Source: an uncultured bacterium (GTDB taxonomy: Bacteria > Auribacterota > Erginobacteria > Erginobacterales > Erginobacteraceae). Taken from it: 28,225 nucleotides of DNA. The notes beneath the pieces are model-generated. The model had not been told where the DNA came from and made no database searches. It saw nothing but the letters and a program-made list of their open reading frames with translations. Of the stretch, positions 25,700 through 28,225 are shown piece by piece (the first letter of the stretch is position 1; each line of letters opens with the position of its first letter). The translations under genes were made by a program, and so were the position numbers. The stretch covers positions 1 through 28,225 of the forward strand of contig CAWGIE010000041.1 in assembly GCA_963822585.1 (NCBI GenBank), written 5' to 3'.

Positions 25700-25934
25700 A
25701 GTATACCTCTATGATTATTTCATTCTTGCGGCATATCCAGCATGCCACATATCTATAGTTCAAATGGCAGTGATATCGATCTGGCCCGAGCGGCGAAAAG
25801 TTTCGCCAACTCTTCTGAATCGGACCGTCTGCCTGGAGATCCGTAATGAGTAAGAAGAGGAGTTTCTGGACATCGTCAGGCAGCTTCCTGAGGCCGCGAG
25901 CCACTTTCTTCTTGATCCGGACCGCGTACTTCAT
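25668..25934 (-). CDS. RelE/HigB-like toxin
   Basis: 88-aa basic protein: Y.V.I.KK..R.L.KLP..VQ ... YHCHL..RYV.. IEVYYVGSRE; toxin-first gene order. Confidence 0.8.
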   Translation of the reverse strand: MKYAVRIKKKVARGLRKLPDDVQKLLFLLITDLQADGPIQKSWRNFSPLGPDRYHCHLNYRYVACWICRKNEIIIEVYYVGSREKAPY

Positions 25935-25943
25935 GATGGTAAT

Positions 25944-25972
25944 AATATAACCTGTATTGGTGTGTCTGGCAA
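25944..25972 (-). promoter_or_regulatory. sigma70 promoter of the RelE/HTH operon
   Basis: TTGCCA-N17-TATATT, 9 nt before the ATG; no SD sequence. Confidence 0.65.
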
Positions 25973-26037
25973 GTAATATTTCTAGGTCGCGAAGATGAAT
26001 GAATCATCTTCAATCGAATATTTGTAAATTCGGCTTG

Positions 26038-26264
26038 ATACCCTGAAAGGGTATAACATGTCAGCCCGGGGTTTTACCCCGGGGATAATATCGTTCCACC
26101 CACACACCCCACCTCGTCCCCACCAGTGCCCCCCTGCCAACCGACCGAATCGTTCGGTCCGTCTGAGTCGGTTGAGACGGGGGAGGAACGGGGTTGGGGG
26201 TTTTGGGGGTGTTTAATACCCAGGGTTTTACCCTGGGCTATTATGTTTCACCCCGTTGGGGTGA
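26038..26264. repeat. REPIN/MITE-like long imperfect palindrome with nested hairpins
   Basis: Left end ataccct-gaa-agggtat..agcccgggg-tttta-ccccggg. Right end cccaggg-tttta-ccctgggct..tcacccc-gtt-ggggtga. C-rich and G-rich inner arms with a caaccgac/gtcggttg core. Confidence 0.75.
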
Positions 26265-26292
26265 TTTCCCCCTCCTTCTCTCCCCCTTTGGC

Positions 26293-26381
26293 GCATAACA
26301 TCACGGGCCATTCGTGGCGTGACTCTTGCCCCGCAAGAGGCGTGCCGCGGGTGAGCCATACGGTGCAAACGTTTGTTAGGC
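26293..26381 (-). other. attC site, degenerate on the 3' side
   Basis: Minus strand GCCTAAC-aaacg-TTTGCACC ... ctcttgc-ggg-gcaagag ... GTTATGC, 3 nt after a stop codon; L' box poorly preserved. Confidence 0.65.
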
Positions 26382-26384
26382 CTC

Positions 26385-26936
26385 TTATTCATTATCGATT
26401 TGCGCTGTCCAGCCGCGAAGGCCTGAGTCGAGTTTGTAAAAGAGAGCGTTCAACCTCGTGCGACCAATAACGCGTGCCGGCCACCGGCACACAATCTCTC
26501 GAACTGCCGACGAGGAGTGATCGATCGCCCATCGGATCTCCTCGTCGCCCACACCCGGACCATCGACCGCCGCCAGCTCCCGCGCCAGTGCCGCATATAC
26601 CGCGGGCCCAAGGGCGTGTTTCGCGTGATGAGGAGCTGACAATGCTTTGGTGTAGGCGGTTGCCGCCGCGAGGCCCGCGGCACGAGCGGCGGCGGTGGCC
26701 GCAGGATCGCCAACTTCGCGTGCGGCTGCGAGTGCCGCCAAGGCAAAGGAACGCAGTTGCGCTGTCCGCTTCCCACCGCGCGCGAAGATCCGGATGCCCT
26801 CGATTGCTTCGCGCGGACGGGTATCAGAGGGAGCCTTCGCCTCGAACAGCGGCAGCACGCGCTCGGCGCAATCGGCAGCCCAGCTTCCGAGAAGACGACG
26901 GTCTTCCAGGCTGAGTGCTATCTGGTCGGGTTTCAT
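26385..26936 (-). CDS. Imm5-like putative immunity protein (cassette gene)
   Basis: WAADCAERVLPLFE...DTRPREAIE..AAARAAG.AAATA. The real start is probably ATG 26936, since the longer ORF runs through an attC and yafQ. Confidence 0.75.
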   Translation of the reverse strand: MKPDQIALSLEDRRLLGSWAADCAERVLPLFEAKAPSDTRPREAIEGIRIFARGGKRTAQLRSFALAALAAAREVGDPAATAAARAAGLAAATAYTKALSAPHHAKHALGPAVYAALARELAAVDGPGVGDEEIRWAIDHSSSAVREIVCRWPARVIGRTRLNALFYKLDSGLRGWTAQIDNE

Positions 26937-26941
26937 CTTCT

Positions 26942-27013
26942 GTCTGACGCTGAGTTCACCCGCTTTTACCTTTCGCACGGCGGATAAAAGTCGGGTGGAG
27001 CGAGTTGTTGGAA
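26942..27013 (-). other. attC site (R' variant GTC)
   Basis: Minus strand TTCCAAC-aactc-GCTCCACC-[33 nt]-GGTGAAC-tcagc-GTCAGAC. Confidence 0.85.
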
Positions 27014-27018
27014 GCCGA

Positions 27019-27291
27019 CTACTTTCTGAAAAGGTCGCTATGGGAGCCGGTGCGTTCGAGATGAAGATAATGGGGGTCAACCGAGTAGATCAGAATCCAG
27101 TCCGGTTCGATGTGGCAGTCACGGCAGTTCTTCCACGGGCCAATCAGGGGATGATCCCGGTGTTTAGGGCCGAGCGGTATGCTTTTTGCAAGTTTGGTAA
27201 CGAGGGACTTGAGCTTCTCAAGGTCCTTCCCGCGTTTCCGCATTCTCTTGACATCCCTAACAAACTGGGTCGTCTGAGAAACGCTCCTCAT
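27019..27291 (-). CDS. yafQ: YafQ-family mRNA interferase toxin
   Basis: F.RD.KR..KRGKD..L, RDHPLIG.WK..RDCHIEPDWILIY, RTGSHSDLF. Confidence 0.93.
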   Translation of the reverse strand: MRSVSQTTQFVRDVKRMRKRGKDLEKLKSLVTKLAKSIPLGPKHRDHPLIGPWKNCRDCHIEPDWILIYSVDPHYLHLERTGSHSDLFRK

Positions 27292-27548
27292 TTCTCCCAG
27301 CTCTCGAACATCTCGTCCAGAGAGTCGAAGGATTCGACATCTTGACCTCTGGCGCTCTTGTCCAGAGTTTCCTTGGTGAGGTCATTCGGGATCAGGACGG
27401 GGAAAGGAAGACCGCCCCGGAGACAAATCTGCCTATAGAACAGGCGGATGGCCTCAGTGGGGCTCATACCCAGTTTTTTCAGGACGCCCTCGGCTTTCTT
27501 CTTGGTCCGAGGCTCCACTCTGGCATGGACTATAGCCGTCTTATTCAT
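27288..27548 (-). CDS. dinJ: RelB/DinJ-family antitoxin
   Basis: ARVEP..K.KAE.VL..LGMS.TEAIRLF..QI....GLPF..IPN..T; 4-nt overlap with the toxin gene. Confidence 0.9.
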   Translation of the reverse strand: MNKTAIVHARVEPRTKKKAEGVLKKLGMSPTEAIRLFYRQICLRGGLPFPVLIPNDLTKETLDKSARGQDVESFDSLDEMFESWEK

Positions 27549-27554
27549 GTTGCT

Positions 27555-27583
27555 AATGTCTCACGTATGAAACACAAAGTCAA
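27555..27583 (-). promoter_or_regulatory. dinJ-yafQ promoter with overlapping operator palindrome
   Basis: TTGACT-N17-GACATT with TG extension, 6 nt before the ATG; palindrome tgtctca-cgta-tgaaaca at 27557-27574. Confidence 0.7.
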
Positions 27584-27610
27584 TATCTTTTCTTGGGTTT
27601 TTCTCAAGGC

Positions 27611-27679
27611 GTCCAACGATGAGCTCACCTGCCTGATAACGCATGGCGTTTTCAGGTCAGGTGGAGCGGCTCGTTAGAA
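27611..27679 (-). other. attC site
   Basis: Minus strand TTCTAAC-gagcc-GCTCCACC-tgacctga..tcaggca-GGTGAGC-tcatc-GTTGGAC. Confidence 0.92.
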
Positions 27680-28151
27680 TTGTTTTACTTTTGGGCAGAA
27701 AATAAATAGCTCCAAACAAATTAATCAATGCAAAGAGGTAGAAATATATAGAACCTATAATATCTATTTTAAATGATTCCAAGTCCGGCATACCCTTCCA
27801 AAATATAATAAGGAACATAATCAAAGAGCCGAACGAAGCTGAACCGAGAACGATGTGCCATATCCTTGACTCTCGAATTATCATGGCGAGGGAGGAAGAG
27901 ATAGCACCGACCAAAGCAAGGTTGAATATAATTTCTTTTATTCTAGAGATTAAAGCCTCGCGCCTTATTCTGTTAGCTTCTTCTACGTCAAATACAATGT
28001 GAGAACCTTTCGGGAGGGGCTTAAATGAGGGCTGAAATGCGAGTTTGAATGATTCAAAATCGAAAAGTATCACATTCTCAATGAAAAGAGGGGCGGAAGA
28101 AATAAGAATCAACAAAGCAATAACTTTAGACAAAACAGGGGACTTTCTCAA
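27657..28151 (-). CDS. Hypothetical ~4-TM membrane protein (cassette gene)
   Basis: AT-rich 164-aa ORF with hydrophobic segments; TTG start 23 nt after an R' site; stop codon inside the attC. Confidence 0.7.
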   Translation of the reverse strand: MRKSPVLSKVIALLILISSAPLFIENVILFDFESFKLAFQPSFKPLPKGSHIVFDVEEANRIRREALISRIKEIIFNLALVGAISSSLAMIIRESRIWHIVLGSASFGSLIMFLIIFWKGMPDLESFKIDIIGSIYFYLFALINLFGAIYFLPKSKTILTSRST

Positions 28152-28174
28152 GTTGATAACCTATGTATTTAAAA

Positions 28175-28225
28175 TTCTAACGCCGAGTTGAGCTGACTTT
28201 TTTCCCTGTATATTGGAATTTTCCC
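28175..28225 (-). other. Partial attC site (3' half; truncated by the window edge)
   Basis: Minus strand ..GCTCAAC-tcggc-GTTAGAA; this R' is the exact complement of the TTCTAAC R'' at 27673-27679. Confidence 0.7.

Larger units (their letters stand above)
26293..28225 (-). mobile_element. Integron gene-cassette array, distal end (integrase not in window)
   Basis: Four co-oriented attC-like sites separate short, compositionally heterogeneous genes including a TA cassette. Confidence 0.85.

Noticed and set aside
26937..27080. N-terminal 48 codons of the 26385-27080 ORF
   Set aside because: They overlap yafQ and an attC site; ATG 26936 fits cassette structure.

Overview
Bacterial window of fairly high GC with three parts. 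(1) 216-17319 is a co-directional (+) cell-surface glycosylation locus: a hexapeptide acetyltransferase, a GT4, a B12-binding radical SAM enzyme (HpnJ-like), a membrane GT2 of the polyprenyl-phosphate-sugar synthase type, three tandem paralogous large GT-C-like membrane proteins (1059, 1067 and 850 aa) and an SGNH hydrolase. (2) 19254-25246 holds a sugar-phosphate nucleotidyltransferase, purH, a second acetyltransferase, a P-loop NTPase, two exported proteins and a SAM methyltransferase. (3) 25328-28225 is accessory: a RelE/HTH toxin-antitoxin pair, a REP-like palindromic element, and the distal end of a minus-strand integron cassette array (4 attC sites; Imm5-like, DinJ-YafQ and membrane-protein cassettes; no integrase in the window). 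Two apparently identical 1325-bp IS4-family elements lie in inverted orientation, each with its own 9-bp target duplication. The least explained signal is non-coding. Many gene junctions carry a bipartite element: a purine-rich short tandem array, a spacer, then the reverse-complement array. The unit differs between sites (7, 8, 9 or about 14 nt). Solo arms also occur, one in frame inside purH, and both IS copies landed in such arms. All calls come from reading motifs by eye; no searches were run.
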